Numbered from the stretch's first letter, positions 12,526 to 26,681 are shown. The stretch is 64,000 bases of DNA from Fistulifera solaris (GCA_030295235.1 AP026151.1:620001-684000), one strand, 5' to 3'. A program made the numbers and translations. The notes: a model not told the origin generated them from the letters alone.

Positions 12526-15166
12526 CTAGCTAACTATTATCGTTTGGATCGAACGAGAGGGTATCGAAGACGTTAACAAAACAGCATCACCGTCCTTTAG
12601 CGCGAAGTTGGCAGGATCGTTGGCCTCATTGAGGATAACAATAGTATTATCACCAGTCGGAGTCTGAAAAGCACCCATCTGTTGGTATTGAAGTAGGATC
12701 TGTGTGAGATCACGGAAAATCCATCAAGACTTGACTATATTTCATTGTCCTTACCTGTAAAAACGGCCAACCGGTTGTCAGACAAACATCATCACCAAAG
12801 TACTTCGATGACGCCTCTCCGCTGTTGAGATCAAGTGACCATTTTGCAGCTTCGCTCTCGCAGTCTCCTAAACTTATTTGTGCTCCACCGCGTGGGCCAT
12901 ACGCCCCGCCTCCATTATGCAGCTCTAAGATCACAAGACACTCATCTCTCTTCTTCGCTTTCACGGGGTTCAACAGCTTCACAATATACCGACCATCCGG
13001 ATCGTCCGTCAATAAAAGCACATCGAAAGTGCCAGCATGATTTTCGTCACATTCATCCAATCGCAAGCCGAGCAAGTCAACGTCAGGTTCACGCCCAATA
13101 CAGGAAGTGGTCGGTGTCCCTAACCAGTCATGACCGTACACCTGAATGTGCTTCCTATCATCAATATTCCATTTGAATTGCTGCCTCGTTGATCCTTCAC
13201 AGGGCCAAACAGTAAGTTCAATTCCATTACGAGCCAAATCATTTTGACCACCGCCCATCACAACGCTATCGGCGTGTCGAAAGATTTTACTCGAATTGCC
13301 GAGACTTTCTTGAACTAAAGCGGATACAGCGTAAGACCCCGGGCGCACATGGCGCGAGATGTGTCCCATATAGAAATAGATTGGCTGAACGACAACGCCA
13401 ACATCCAAAAATTTGGCCGGAAAGCCCAACGCATTCAATTCTTCACGAGTACGACCATCCCCCAGACTCACATTCCCGAATGGTTTCTGTTTTTCGAAAG
13501 AAGGAAGGTGAGGATAATCGGGTGCCATGCCAACTGCGCGATGAGGAACAGCGAGTATTGTTGCCTCACAAAGGTTATTCAAATGGTTTGGACCACCGAT
13601 CCCATCCAGAATGAGATTCCATTCTACCCAGCCATGACTCCCGGCAGCCAAATCCGCCAAGATGGTGTGAGCATATCGTTCCGCTCGCGACCAGTAGATC
13701 TCTGGGCTACCACCAGCATAACCTGTGGTTGGACAGTGACACGACTCCGAACCCAGAACAATGTGTTCTGACAAGAGTCCATATTCTCGCAGCTGAGCCT
13801 GCAAGCGATGCATATTCGGAATGCCCAAGGCGCCATCCAGCAATCGGTCCATACCTTTCGTCAGAATGTTAAGAATACAGTGTCGAATCGCAATCCAATA
13901 CACAACACTTTCTGCTTCTACATACCTCCCGCATACCAGTGATACGCCGTTCCCGAAATATACGGTTTGGCTTGACTACTTTCATTCAGCATGGTGTTCG
14001 CCCATTGATTGATGTGATCCTTGTTGTGATCAAAGGCCAAAATCTTAACATCCGGGTGGTCTTGTCGCAACCGCGGTCCGAGATGATTTGCCACAAAGTC
14101 GTGTTGAGATTCCGAATCGTACGCACACGCTTCCCACGGCGCCGGAAATTCGGGCTCATTTTGCACCGTCACAGCCGACAAGGATAATCCAAGATTTTTG
14201 TAGGCGGTCAAAAACTTGGAAAAATACAACGCCCACGATTTCGCGTATTCCGAGTCGGGACCCACCCCATCTTTCAAACACTGCGGCAAGGCACTTCCCG
14301 TCATACTCGCAAACGTTTTGTTTTGTTCCCAATGATACGTCGGTGTCTTCATCCAGGCGGGAGGAGACCAGGGACTCGCGTAGAGGAACATTTCCCCATC
14401 GTCAGCACCATCACTCCACGCTTGACGGAGCGTCGAAACCGCACGTAGCGCCATATCAACCATACCCGATTCGACATCATGATGTACGCCGGTATCAAAG
14501 TCGTTCAACTCGAAATCATCGGCCGTTTCATCAAACGTATACGATTGGACGGAAAAATCGCCTAGGAGGAAAGCAGAGTTTAAGGAACCAACACGCCACG
14601 CACGAATGCGCTCGACGAGACTTACACGAATTGATCGGAAATCGTCCCAACGTATATCCGAGTCCACTTTTTCCAAACAAGAGCTCCATGACGGTTTCTT
14701 TGCCTTTCATAGACAATTGCTGAAAATTGAGGGCGGCCGCCTCGGTAAAGGCACCCCCAAAGCCTTTGATTGTGCTGTGCGGGAAGACTATATTCGAAAG
14801 ATTCGTCTGTAAAATGGCATCGGGCAATCCGAACGAGTTGAGTTCGACGACATTGTCGTGTGGGGCCTTGTCGCACGGTACGGGGGCCCACGGATGATCG
14901 GGCGTTTGCATCGAGGTTTGCAAGACGGTCACGGTCCGACCGTACGAAACACAATTCGGACGAATCAGAACTTCATCTTGTTCTTCGGGAGGTAATACAA
15001 TCACTTTGGGAACACGGGGAGAATGATTTTGACGCGTCAAGACAATTCCGGAAGCTACGACAAGTAGTACAGCGACGACGGCTGTCGCGATCTTCTTATC
15101 GATCGGACGTGGTGGTGGCTCGGTATCATTCTCGGTGACGGGGATAAATTCGTATCCCTCTCTCAT
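12526..15166 (-). CDS. GH30 glucosylceramidase-like glycoside hydrolase with N-terminal TM anchor and ricin/beta-trefoil-like insertion; 4 exons
   Basis: Motifs GFGGAFTEAA, GRFPINSC-DFS, ASPWSPPAWMK, TVQNEPE, AYHWY, GSESC, WVEWNLILD..GGPNH. GT-AG introns near 14560-14625, 13857-13922 and 12679-12754. Terminal exon ends SIQTIIVS*. Confidence 0.9.
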
Positions 15167-15535
15167 TGCTGCAATGCAGGAAACGTGTATAAAGGTGGGT
15201 CTCTTTGTGTTTGATGTCCTTCTCACGATAGTAAGTTCATTATTTTCTATCTATAATGGACTAAAATAATAATGGATGATGCGATTTTTCTTCGGGTCGA
15301 GCCCGACAATAACTATGCGACAACAGATGCGCGATGCGGGTCGGCCATCTGTTGTTGCTGTTGCGGGATGGAACACTATCTGTAGAATGACAGTTTAGTA
15401 CCGGTTTGAGTACTAACGCTGCTTTGTCATCGCTCTCTGCTCGAAAGCCGCACTGCAAAACGATGTTTTCTTCGACCGCAATAACGCGAAAGTCTGTCCT
15501 CATTCTTCTCAGTACGAACGGAACACAAAGAGAAA

Positions 15536-16977
15536 ATGACTTACACAATCAAACGCCTCCGAGAGGAAGGGCTTTTTGCCTCAGCAACTTGGACGGCGTC
15601 GAAAGTCTTGATGTCTTCTGGGCGGAAGTCAACAAGGTTGCACGGCTCTACATTGAAGATACGGGTGCTTACGTTGCACCCACAAGAACCAAAACGTACA
15701 AAGGAGAGTTTATCGGCTTTACTTGTCTACGCAACGGAGACTATTTAACGAGATTGGCATTCGTCGGAAATCTTGATGATGATATCGCCTTGCTGCGCTC
15801 TGTGGCCATTCGAGTCCTTTGTCTTCCAGAAACAAACCCCCAAAGCATGGAACTACGAGGAAATATTACACATTTAGGTAGACCCGGGGACATATATGAT
15901 CACTTGGCTCTCACGACAGAGCAATTGCGACATATCATATGCGCCTTTCCATCGCGACAATACACTTTTCGTTTTTTGTGCTTCACTCCAAAACAATCTG
16001 TGGAGCTCGTTTCGCATCGGAAGTTTGCCATTGAAGTGCACTCGTGTCAGTTCGAAGATAAAGGTCAAGCGATGGTAGATTGGCTGGAAAAGCAAAACGG
16101 GGCGGAAATTATTGATTCTTGCTATTTTCCTGACTGCGACTGCGTCGAAAAGATTCTCAAGTTTTTGAGCCGTTCCATGTATCCCGTGTTCGAAAAGCTA
16201 TATGATCTTACTGGTAGAGCGGTTTTCGTCCCTGAACTATCTCACTTAATTTCGGCAGCAAACATTAAAACGGTAATGGCGGATATTCGTTTCTTTTCTT
16301 GTTGCGATGGCTGGCGAGCACCCTTACTAAAAGCCCTCCGTGAGGGAACGTTCCGACCACAAACTCTCGAAATATGTTTCAGCTCCCACCGTATTTTTGA
16401 CGAAGGTGATATTCCTATTATCGGCAAGGTCGTCCGCAAGTTGTTGAAAGCAATATCATCTCCCGACTGCACCTTGAAAGAACTTCATTTAAAACATTTC
16501 GAATTCACCGAAATCGCCCACGACTTTGAAAGGTACTTGCTGAATATGCTGCAGACGAATGAAAGGCTTGAAGTGCTGGGTGTTTATAGCACTCTTGCGA
16601 CGTTGGAATTTCCACAGATAAAAATCATGGATGCCGCAACCAAACATCCGCGTCTTCGGAAGATGTGTTTCTATCCTCCGACTTCTCACGACCCACCAGA
16701 AGTAGGATACGCCGAACCGTTCCAAGTGTGGGTGCAGAAAAACCGTTGTCACATCATACAGTTCAACGACTTCACTCACTCCGATAAGAAACCCTATCGC
16801 TCCAAGTGGCAAAATGCAGTCTTTGCTGTCTTCACGTCCGAGTTCGACGCTCTCCAACAAGTGGAGGACGACAAAGCCCGCTCCTATTTACTGGCAACGG
16901 CTATTGCGATATTCCAACAGATGCCGGATCGGATCTACAACCTTTTGACCGGAAATCTCGATGTTTTTGCGAATTAG
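15536..16977 (+). CDS. 'MTYTIKRLREEG' family RNI/LRR-like protein, paralog a (1-nt homopolymer frameshift at ~15575)
   Basis: Shared N-terminus and motifs LKELHL, NxxLxVLGVY, HPRLRKxCFYPP and PDRIYxLL with 7 other copies in the window. Confidence 0.8.
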
Positions 16978-17375
16978 TTACAGAGTCGTTCGCTTTCTCG
17001 TCTCGTGAATGTTAATTGCCAGCGCGCCTAGAACGACTATGTTGCAGCGACTCAATAACAACAATGCGGTGGAAGCTTTTTAACCTCACAAGATTTGTAC
17101 CCGTAGCCAAAGATGAAACTCCCTTGGCAGAGGTAACGATGACTATAATGTTGTGAGCCCGCTAGATAAGTCTTTATTTTACTCCGTAGTCATTTTACCA
17201 ATGATTTTTACTCGTGATTGCTGTTGCTCAACGAAAAGAGCACTCTATCTGTAGAGGGACAATTGAGTACCGGTAAGTCGAGTCACTGTGCGAAATTAGA
17301 ATGTCATTGTCATTGCTCGGCTTGAAAGCTGTAGGCCGAGATCGAGATGAGTGCGAACAAGAACAAATAATACAA

Positions 17376-17825
17376 GTCAAAAATGTCTTTCGCACGTTGG
17401 CATGACTTTCGCACCTTCAGTACCAAATAAATCATAAAATCTACAAAAATTGCCATATAACTTTTTTTAACGGAACATATCGATTGCTTTTAATTAGAGC
17501 TTTCCAAAACACCACGATTTGTTATTAACAGACAAAAACTCGTTGAGTTATTTAGCGAAAACTTAAGGAACCGGAAAAAGTGGGGTAAATTTTTTCACGT
17601 AGAAAAATGTACGGTGCCCTACGGCACCACTTTCGCACGTTCGACCTCTTTTTGAAATGTAAATATCAGCCCGAAAACGATAGATATTTAGATATTAAAC
17701 ATTTTAATATGTTTTTTAAACGTTTAGGCTGTATTTATGAAAAGAACAAGCGAAAAGTAAAAAAAATGATTGTTGTATGACCTTTCAAAAACAGGGTAAA
17801 TGAACGTGCGAAAGACATTTTTGAC
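17376..17825. mobile_element. AT-rich MITE with 23-bp perfect TIR; superfamily unresolved
   Basis: GTCAAAAATGTCTTTCGCACGTT at 17376-17398 and its reverse complement at 17803-17825; internal copy of CTTTCGCACGTT at ~17630. True ends may extend a few bp to flanking TA. Confidence 0.75.
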
Positions 17826-17930
17826 CTCCGTGGTATTCATTTTTTCATCGACCGCAACACGAAAGCAAACAATAACCTTTGCTCTTCCAGTTTCCTCATT
17901 CCCCTTATTCTTCACAAACAGAAAATAAAG

Positions 17931-19522
17931 ATGACTTATACAATCAAGCGCCTTCGAGAGGAAGGGCACTTCCGCTTGAGGAACTTGGACGGCGTGGAAA
18001 GTGTTGACGTGTTTTGGGCGGAAGCCCTGAAGGTGAAGCGTCTTTATATCGACGACACGGGTGTTTACGTCGCTCGTGCCAAAGACCAAATGCCAGAAGA
18101 ATATGTTGGCTTGAAATGTCACCGCAATGAGGACTGCCAGACGCGATTAGCATTTGTGGGTCAACCTGATGATATTACGTCGTTGCGATCCGTGACATTT
18201 CGTATCCTTTGTCTACCCGAAACAGATCAGCCCCAAAGCATGCATCTCGCCGGAAACTCATACACCCCCGGAAGACCCGTGAACGAACGCGATCAGCTGA
18301 TTCTCACACCTGCACAGTTGCGGTATGTCATTTGTATCTATCCGTCGCGACGATTTGAATTCAGTTACATGGCATTTAATGGGGACCAATCGGTGGAGCT
18401 TGTATCTCATCGGAAGTTTCAAATTGACCTTTTCCACTGTCAATTTCTTGATAAGGGTCGGGAAATTGTCAAATGGCTGGAGAACAGAAACACATCAGAG
18501 GTTTTTGATTTCTTCGATTTTTACTCTTGTGACTGTATCGAGGGAGATCCTAACGTTCTTGAGCCGCTCCACGCACCCAGTGTTCAAGAAACTCTATGCA
18601 AAAGAACGTGATGTACCTTCTCGAATATCTCCTTTGGTTGCTGCAGCAAATGTTACAGCATTGGTAGTGAATATTCGCTTCTTCATTTATGACGAACAGT
18701 GGAGAGCACCAATTGTAGAGGCTATCCAGCGATGGAACGTTTCGACCAAAAAGCCTTGAAATAGATTTCAGATGCCCGCTAATTCGCGTCGATTTTGACC
18801 GAAAAGAATGTCAGACTATCGGTAGTTTCCTTTCGAACTTGTTTGAAATCATGTCGGCTCCCCCAATGCAGCGTTGAAAGAATTGCACTTGAATCATTTC
18901 AATGTGTACGGCATCATGCAGAACTTCAAAAAGGACTTGGATTACATGCTGGAGAACAATCAAAGCCTTGTTGCGCTGGGGAGTTTATAGTACTGGCGCC
19001 CGTTGAAGTTTCCGCAGATGAATTTCATCCTCCACGCTGCTGAGAATCATCCGCGTCTCCGGAAGATCTGTTTCTATCCCCCTACCGATGACCCACCCCA
19101 ATTGGCGCAAATTGATATCTATCAGATGTGGTTGCAACGAAACCTCTCGCGTGACATTCAGTTCAGAGACTTTGGTTACTCGGATCTGAAAGCCCATCTT
19201 CCAGCATGGCAGATGTTAGTCTTTTCTGCTTTTACAAATTATTGCTATTACCACGGCTTCCACCGGATTCGGGACGAAAGAATCCGCTCTGATTTACTTG
19301 TAAAGGCACTTGCCACGTCGTCATATGCCCGATCGGATTTATTACTTGCTTTCCAAAAATCAGGATCTAATTGCGAAGCAAGCTGAAAAGGAGCAATTAT
19401 TGCTCTGCTTGAAAACTCGTGAAAGAGATAATGCAAACTCCGTAGCAACGAATCTTCAAGCAACTCGTTTATACTTTTGTGTGATTAAGTTTTCATCTTA
19501 TCTTGACAGATGCAGCCAATAG
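17931..19522 (+). CDS. 'MTYTIKRLREEG' family paralog b (multiple frameshifts; error or pseudogene)
   Basis: ORF pieces 17931-18611, 18325-18759, 19003-19386 and 19310-19522 are colinear with intact paralogs. Confidence 0.7.
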
Positions 19523-20138
19523 CATTCCGCTCTAACTCTCTAGGTAGATGATTCAACTCGGAACCCTTAACGCTTATTCGCCTTATATATGATTGACCAA
19601 TGCATGAACTTTTTACTGAGTTGAAAAATAGACTAGACTTATTTCAGAGTCGTTTGCTTTAGCCTGTCGCTTCTTTGTCTCGTCAAATGTTGATAGCTAG
19701 CTACGCTCTAAAAGGAGATTTTTGCAGTGATTTCTACAAAACTAGTGTGATGTAAGTCTATTTTGCCCTACCAGGTGTGTACCCTTAGCTAAGACGAAAG
19801 CCACTCGGCATCTGTAACCTCTTGCTGTAACCTTATTTTCAGCCCGCGTGAAAGTCTTTATTTTAGTCCCTTTTACTCATGATTGATTTTGTATAAAAAT
19901 AGTCAAGTACAGTACTGTACTGTACCTGGTAAACCTTACTTGTACCGGCAAAGCGTAAAGACGATGCGATGATTCACTCTAACAGAAATTGTACTTGCTT
20001 ATTTTTGTCATTGCTGTTGCTCGCGTGTCTGCTCGAAAAGCGGACGAAAGAAATCAAAATAAATTTTCATCAACAGCATTTTACTGGCAAAAGCACGAAA
20101 GCCTTTGCTCTCCTCATTCTCTACAATCGAAAGTAAAG

Positions 20139-21571
20139 ATGACTTATACAATCAAGCGCCTTCGAGAGGAAGGGCACTTCCGCTTGAGGAATTTGGACGG
20201 CGTCGAAAGTCTCGACGTCTTTTGGGCGGAAGCCTTGAAGGTTGAGCGTCTTTACATCGAAGACACGGGTGTTTACGCAGCACCCACAAAAACTAAACCA
20301 TCCGAAAGAGAATTTGTCGGGTTGAAGTGTCACGACTTTTCCACGGAACTACAATTTGTGGGAAAACTTGATGATATTTCGTCATTGCGATCCGTGACAT
20401 TCCGCGTCCTTTGTCTGCCCGAGACAGATAACACCAAAACAATGAGTTTCTCTAAGAACTCATACAATCCCGGCGAGCCCCCCGAACGAGCGCGATCAAC
20501 TGATTCTCACACCTGTGGAGTTGCGCCATCATTTGTGCTGATCCGTCGCGACGGCTCAAATTCAGGTATCTGTCCTTCAACGGCGATCAATCGGTCGAGC
20601 TTGTATCTCATGGGAAATTTCAAATTGAACTTTTCGACTGTCGATTCCTTGATAAGGGCAGAGCCATTGTGGAATGGCTGGAGAACAGAGACACATCAGA
20701 AGTTTTCGATTATTTCGATATGAAGTTATGTGACTGTATCGAGAAAATCCTAACGTTCTTGAGTCGCGCAACACACCCCGTGTTCAAGAAATTCTATGCG
20801 AACGAAATTGATGAACCTTCTCGACTCTCTCCCTTGGTTGCGGCAGCAAATGTAACAGCATTGGTAGTGAATATTCGTTTCTTCATTTATGACGAACATT
20901 GGAGAGCACCAATCTTACAAGCAATCCGTGATGGAACGTTTTGACCCCAAAGCCTTGAAATAGATTTCAGATGTCCGCCCATTCACGGCGACTTCAACCG
21001 AAAAGAATGTCAGGCAATCGGGCGATTCCTATCCAAGTTGCTGGAAATCATGGCGTCGCCCCAAGTGCTCGTTGAAAGAATTGCACCTCAATCATTTCAA
21101 TGTGTATGGCGTCATGCAGGACTTCAAAAGGACTTGGAATACATGCTGGAGAACAATCAAAGCCTTGTTGCACTGGGGAGTTTATAGCTTGGCGCTCCCC
21201 CATTGAAGTTTCCGCAGATAACTATCCTGCATGCAGCATCGACACATCCCCGTCTTCGGAAAATCTGTCTCTACCCTCTTACGGACGAGGCACCGCGATC
21301 TGTAGATATTAACTTCATTCAGTTTTGGTTGCGGAGAAACCAGTCACGCGACATTCAGTTCAAAGACTTTGGTTACTCGGACCTGAGAGCCCATCTCCCA
21401 ATGTGGCAGAAGATAGTCTTGTCCGCGTTTACAGAAGATTTCGACGCTCTTCGGCAGGTTGAGAACGAAAGATTCCGCTCTCATTTACTTGTGATGACAC
21501 TTGCCAAGTTTCGTCATATGCCGGATCGAATCTATTGTTTGCTTTTCGGAATCAGGATCTTATTAAGCTGA
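20139..21571 (+). pseudogene. 'MTYTIKRLREEG' family paralog c, probable pseudogene
   Basis: In-frame TGA at 20942-20944 replaces the Arg of the conserved GTFRP motif (CGA in paralogs a and b); several frameshifts as well. Confidence 0.6.
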
Positions 21572-22042
21572 AGAAACGATTATTGCTCTTATCAAAAATA
21601 GTAAAAAAAAGATATATTAGAGCAACCAATTCTTGAATATTCGTGTTGTGACAAAAAGTTTTCATGTTTCTTGACAGGTCCAGCCAATAACATGTCAGGC
21701 CGGCCTAACTCTAGCTAGGTCATCAACTCAGTACCTTTACCGCCCATTCGTCTTATACATGATCGGCTAATGCATTAACTTTTGAAAGACCACATAGACT
21801 AGACGACAAAATTTTGAGCTCTTAAAACTAGAAACGACGACAATACCAGGTAGAATTTGACAAGAACGTTCATGGAATCCAAAAATCGGTCTCCTTGATT
21901 TGTTGAACCGTTGCGACAGTTTTATGTCTTACCCGGACAATGCGACGAAACATCGTCACGCGAAACCGCTCATTTTTCGCATTGCTTCAAACAAAAATCA
22001 AAAAGTCCAATTTAAAAGTTAGTGCAATCGACTTACTGCAAA

Positions 22043-23475
22043 ATGAGTTATACCATCAAAAGACTCCGAGAGGAAGGTCTCTTTGCCTGAGTAGTTTAGA
22101 CGACGTCGAAAGCATTGACGTTTTCTGGACGGAAGCGAACAAAGTTGAGCGTCTTTATATCGAGGATACGAATGTGTATGTTGCACCTAGAAAGATCAAG
22201 ACATCCGAAGGAGAATTCGTCGGTTTGAAATGTCATCGCGACGGTGACTATTCAACGCAATTAGCATTTGTGGGTAACGTGGATGATATTGCGTCATTGC
22301 GATCCGTGACATTCCGTGTCCTTTGTCTTCCCGAGGCAGGTAGACCTCAAAGCTTAGCATTTTCATTAAGCTCGTACAGACCTGGTAGACCTGTAGGGAC
22401 ACGCGATAACGTACTGCTCACAGCTGAACAATTGCGGCATATAATATGCGCCTATCCATCGCGGTGGTTCCGTTTCAGTGATTTGTCTTTCAATGCCGAG
22501 CAGTCTGTAGAGATTGTCTCTCATCGAAAGTTCAAAATTGAATTCTTCGACTGCCGATTTGATGACAAAGGTCGTGCAATTGTTGCTTGGCTGGAAAACA
22601 GAAACGAAACAGACATCATGGAATGTTGTGATCTTTTCCGTTGCGATTGTTACCCGGCAATTCTCAGGTTCCTAAGCCGGTCGATGTACCCCGTTTTCAA
22701 AAGGCTCTACTTGGACTCAATTGACATTCCTTCTCAACTAACCCCCTATGTTGCAGCAGCAAATGTCAAGTCCTTAGATGTGGATATTCGTTTCTTTGTC
22801 TGTGACAAGGGTTGGAGGGCACCACTACTGCAAGCGCTTCGAGATGGAACATTTCGTCCAGAGATACTCGACATCAGTTTCATTTGCGCGCCATGTCACG
22901 GAAAAATGAACAAAGAAGAAATCGCTGTTGTCGGTGAATTCTTACAAAAATTGCTTGCAGCATTATCCTCACGAGAGTGCTCTTTGAAAGAGTTGCACTT
23001 GTGGGATTTTAATTTAAGAGGCATCGGACAAGAATTCAAAGATGATTTGATTGTCATGCTCCAGAAAAATAAAAGCCTTCGAACACTCGGTGTTTATAGC
23101 ACCATGGGTCTGTTCAGTTTTCCACAGATGAGTATTCTGAAAGTAGCAGCCATGCATCCACATCTTCGGCGACTCTCTTTCTATCCCCCGACTTCTGATC
23201 CACCCGTACCCAGGCCTTTCCAGGTATGGGCGAAGAAAAATCATTTTCATGATATCCGATTCGAAACTGCACGCGACCCAGAGATGAGAGTTCAACGCGA
23301 GAAGTGGCAGAACGCTCTCTTTTCTCTTTTCACGGGGGAGTATGCGGCTCTCAAGCAAGTCCAAGACCAAAATGCCCGATCTTATTTGCTCTTGACAGCT
23401 CTTGCTACATGTCGCCAGATGCCTGATCGAATTTATTACTTGTTGTCCGACAATCAGGATATTGTTGCGAAGTAA
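22043..23475 (+). CDS. 'MTYTIKRLREEG' family paralog d (1-nt frameshift at ~22083)
   Basis: ATG AGT TAT ACC ATC AAA AGA CTC CGA GAG GAA GGT at 22043, then a long open frame to 23475 with all family motifs. Confidence 0.8.
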
Positions 23476-23552
23476 TTACGTCAAAATTAGAACAATGGTT
23501 GTCTAGAGTAAATGCGTTCACCTAGCAAAGTAATGATATCCTATAGGTCTGT

Positions 23553-24826
23553 TTATGTCGCAATCGACGACTCTGTTAGCTCTCTCAGTTTCTCCTCCTG
23601 ATCTTTCGCAATCATGGCACTAATCATGCCATCGATATCACCGCTCAAAAATTGTTGCAGGGGGGAAGTTTTGCCCGAGTCGATGATCACTACAGCGAGA
23701 GTCTTTCCAGTTGTAGGTACGGATCTTCTCACTACGACTACCCGTCCCTACCTGTGAACCGCGCCTCGCTCGCTCTTCCATCTCTCTCTTTTCGTTTTCT
23801 AAATCGTACAATTTCGACATGAGCATTTTCATAGCTAATTCTTTGTTTTTGAGCTGCGAGCGCTCTTGAGTGCACTTAATTCGAATACCTTTGATTTACA
23901 AAAAGGTCAGACACGACACACATTTCACAGAGCAAAATTTGAATCATCGATCATTCTGATACATACCTGTTGGTTTGTGGAGCAAGTCGACTGCTGTCTC
24001 GACCTTGTTCACATTCTGTCCTCCCGCACCACCGGAGCGCATGGTCGACATTTCAATGTCTTTAGGATCAATCTTAACATCCACTTCATCACATTCCGGC
24101 ATGATGGCTACGGTAGCAGTGGAAGTGTGGACACGTCCCTGCGATTCGGTGGCCGGAACTCGTTGCACCCGATGCACACCGGCTTCCCATTTCAATTTGG
24201 AGTAGACGCGATCGCCCTTGATGTCAAGGACCGCGTTTTTGTAGCCACCATCATCACCAGGAGCCGCATCGATCAAGGTACTCTGCCATCCCTGAGACGT
24301 AATATATTTACGATACACATCTAACAAGTCACCCGCAAAATATTGGCCTCGGAACCTCCCGTTCCGGCACGAATTTCGAGCAACACATTGCGATCGTCGT
24401 TGGGGTCACGAGGCAGCAACAAAACTTTAATTCGCTTCTCTAATTCCTCCATTTTCGGTTCTATTTCTTTCATTTCCTCCCGAGCCATTTCTTTCATGTC
24501 CGGATCGGCCAGCAATTCCTTGGCGCCGGCGTAATCTTCCCCCAAAGATTTGTATTCTTCATAGGCTGCCACCACATCTTCCGACTGTGCCCGATCGCTC
24601 ATGACTTGTCGTAATAAGGAGGAATCGGCAATGACGTCCGGATCACCCAATCGCTCTGTCAATGCTTGATACGAACGGCGAATATTCTCTAACCTGTCCA
24701 TCATGGAATCATCCAGGACCATTTGAAGGGTAGACAACGGCCGAAGAAGAAAGGGGGAGAACCATTCGAAAGGTGAACGAAGGCCGCCGTTTGCCAGGCA
24801 GCGGAAGCAAAAAGTAGCAGTTTCAT
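23553..24826 (-). CDS. prfA: Nucleus-encoded plastid peptide chain release factor 1; intron ~23889-23966, apparent frameshifts
   Basis: [31 protein letters not shown] (PxT motif), [11 protein letters not shown] (GGQ), [10 protein letters not shown]-terminal [16 protein letters not shown] is a bipartite plastid signal. Confidence 0.92.
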
Positions 24827-25258
24827 ATTTTCGAAGCCTTCTTGTAGATTGATGGAATCTTATTTCGAATAATGAAAAGATTATTGATTGAAGGAACCCG
24901 ATCACCTTATCGGCTCATTTCGTTTTTAGTTGAAAACGTCAAGATGAAAATAAGTTTTGTGGCCGTCGTGAATGCGTCAGCGTCCGTCAGTCTCATCTCA
25001 GTACCGGTAAGCTACTATAAGGCAATAGAGTAATCCGTGGCTTGAGTATAGCTTGAAATGTAGGAGGGAAGAGCGGACGCACGAAAAAAAAATAAAACTA
25101 ATAACACAAAGAGCATTCCTTTTCCCCCTTGACTTCTTCATCAGTTAACTAACGCCACTAGAGTCTTCGCTAATAGCGCAAGCACGCCCTTTGACGAGCA
25201 CGAGAAGCGCGGCTTTTTACTGGAAGTTATTCCGCCGTACCTTTGCAAGGAAGAGCAA

Positions 25259-26681
25259 GTGCCTCAGTGGAACCACGGAAGAAGTTCTCCCGTGTATCGA
25301 CTGAAGCGAAAGCCTATCAACTTGCAAGAACTCAATCGATACGGGTACGGAATTGCTATCTGGCGGGAAAATGGGACTTTGACCTATATCACGCCGTGCG
25401 ATAGTAACGATTTTCCGTCTTTTGATCTCGATCTCCTGACAATCAGCTACAACGACAACTGTCCTGTCTTGAACATTGCCGGTAGAAACAACGCGGCTGT
25501 ATCAGAAACAGCCGAATTCTTCATGAAATTGGAAAGACCGACGGCAAACAGTTCTTCTGTCGTAATTGATAGTACTCACATGTACAAACACGACTTTCGC
25601 CATGCTGGACTTTCCTGTTTTCGGCATATCTTTAAAACTTGCCCATCTCGCGCGGTATGCCTTCGGAACATGACACTCGGCGTTTCTAGCGACTCGCGCA
25701 ACTCAGCTAAGTTTGTGCGATTGTTGCTTGGAGGATGCCGGTAATTCGTTCATTGACGCACTCACGAGGCGCACCTCTTCCATGCAATCGCTCACCTTGG
25801 AAGGAGAAACCGGACTAGAGGAGGAAAATTTGCGATTTTTGTTACGAAGTGAAAAAGTGCAAAAGTTGACTCTACCGCAGTTGGACGAAGATATCGTAAT
25901 GCTTCCTTTTTCCGCAAAAGTGGATCATCTTGACTATGAAATAAAATCATCAGCATTATTGGATGGCGATGTTCAATCTTTGAACATTGTGACCCAAAAA
26001 CTCGGTTTTACAATATTTGAGGAGGGCGACGCCTTCCCAGTGGAGACTACGCTGGCGTTTCTTCGGCGCTTGGCGACTTTAGGCCACTTTGTCGAGCTGA
26101 AAATCCGCTTCACTTTTGACGACGACGAAATGGAAGTAGAGATACCGGATTGCGTGGTACAAGAAGTGATTCGCACTGCGCTGGCTAACCCCAAATTACA
26201 AGTTTTAGACCTGACGAGTTGCGACGACGACATTGTGAGTTGGGAACGGCATGTGGAAACACTGTTGCAAGGTCTCAAAGACCATAAAAAACTACGCACT
26301 TTGAAAATCAATGTCGACGAAGACGCTTTCGGTTCCGATTACTCCCTCCTTCGACAGTTCCTAACGGACAACAGAAACGTAACGGTGATGAATGAAGAAG
26401 ATGAAATTTATACAGACGAAGCAGATATCGATGAGCTCTATTCGCTCAACCGCTTTTACCGGGGCTCGGCGGATCTTGTAGTAACGCCATCATCAGAAAG
26501 ACTATCGTTGGTAGCGACTGCCTTGATGGAAACTTTTTCCAGCGATTTTCAATGCTCCGCTCTCTTGCTCTCTGATCATGCGGATGTACTGTATGACCTC
26601 GTTCATGACGTCCGTGTCGATGAACTTGAGGATGGATTGTCTGATCAACGTGATACTTCAAAGCGGAGACGACGGGCGTAG
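25259..26681 (+). CDS. RNI-like/LRR-containing protein of a second diatom-expanded family (start uncertain, frameshift ~25700)
   Basis: LRR-like NPKLQVLDL, HKKLRTLKI, MQSLTL; C-terminal LYSLNRFYRGS...LLSDHADVLY. Confidence 0.65.

Noticed and set aside
15560..22090. Programmed frameshift at the same codon in paralogs a (~15575) and d (~22083)
   Set aside because: Both are one T short in a T-run, the other paralogs are in frame there, and homopolymer deletions are common across the window.
23553..24826. Bacterial contamination or recent HGT suggested by prfA
   Set aside because: It has a spliceosomal intron and a bipartite plastid-targeting presequence, so it is an ordinary nucleus-encoded organellar factor.
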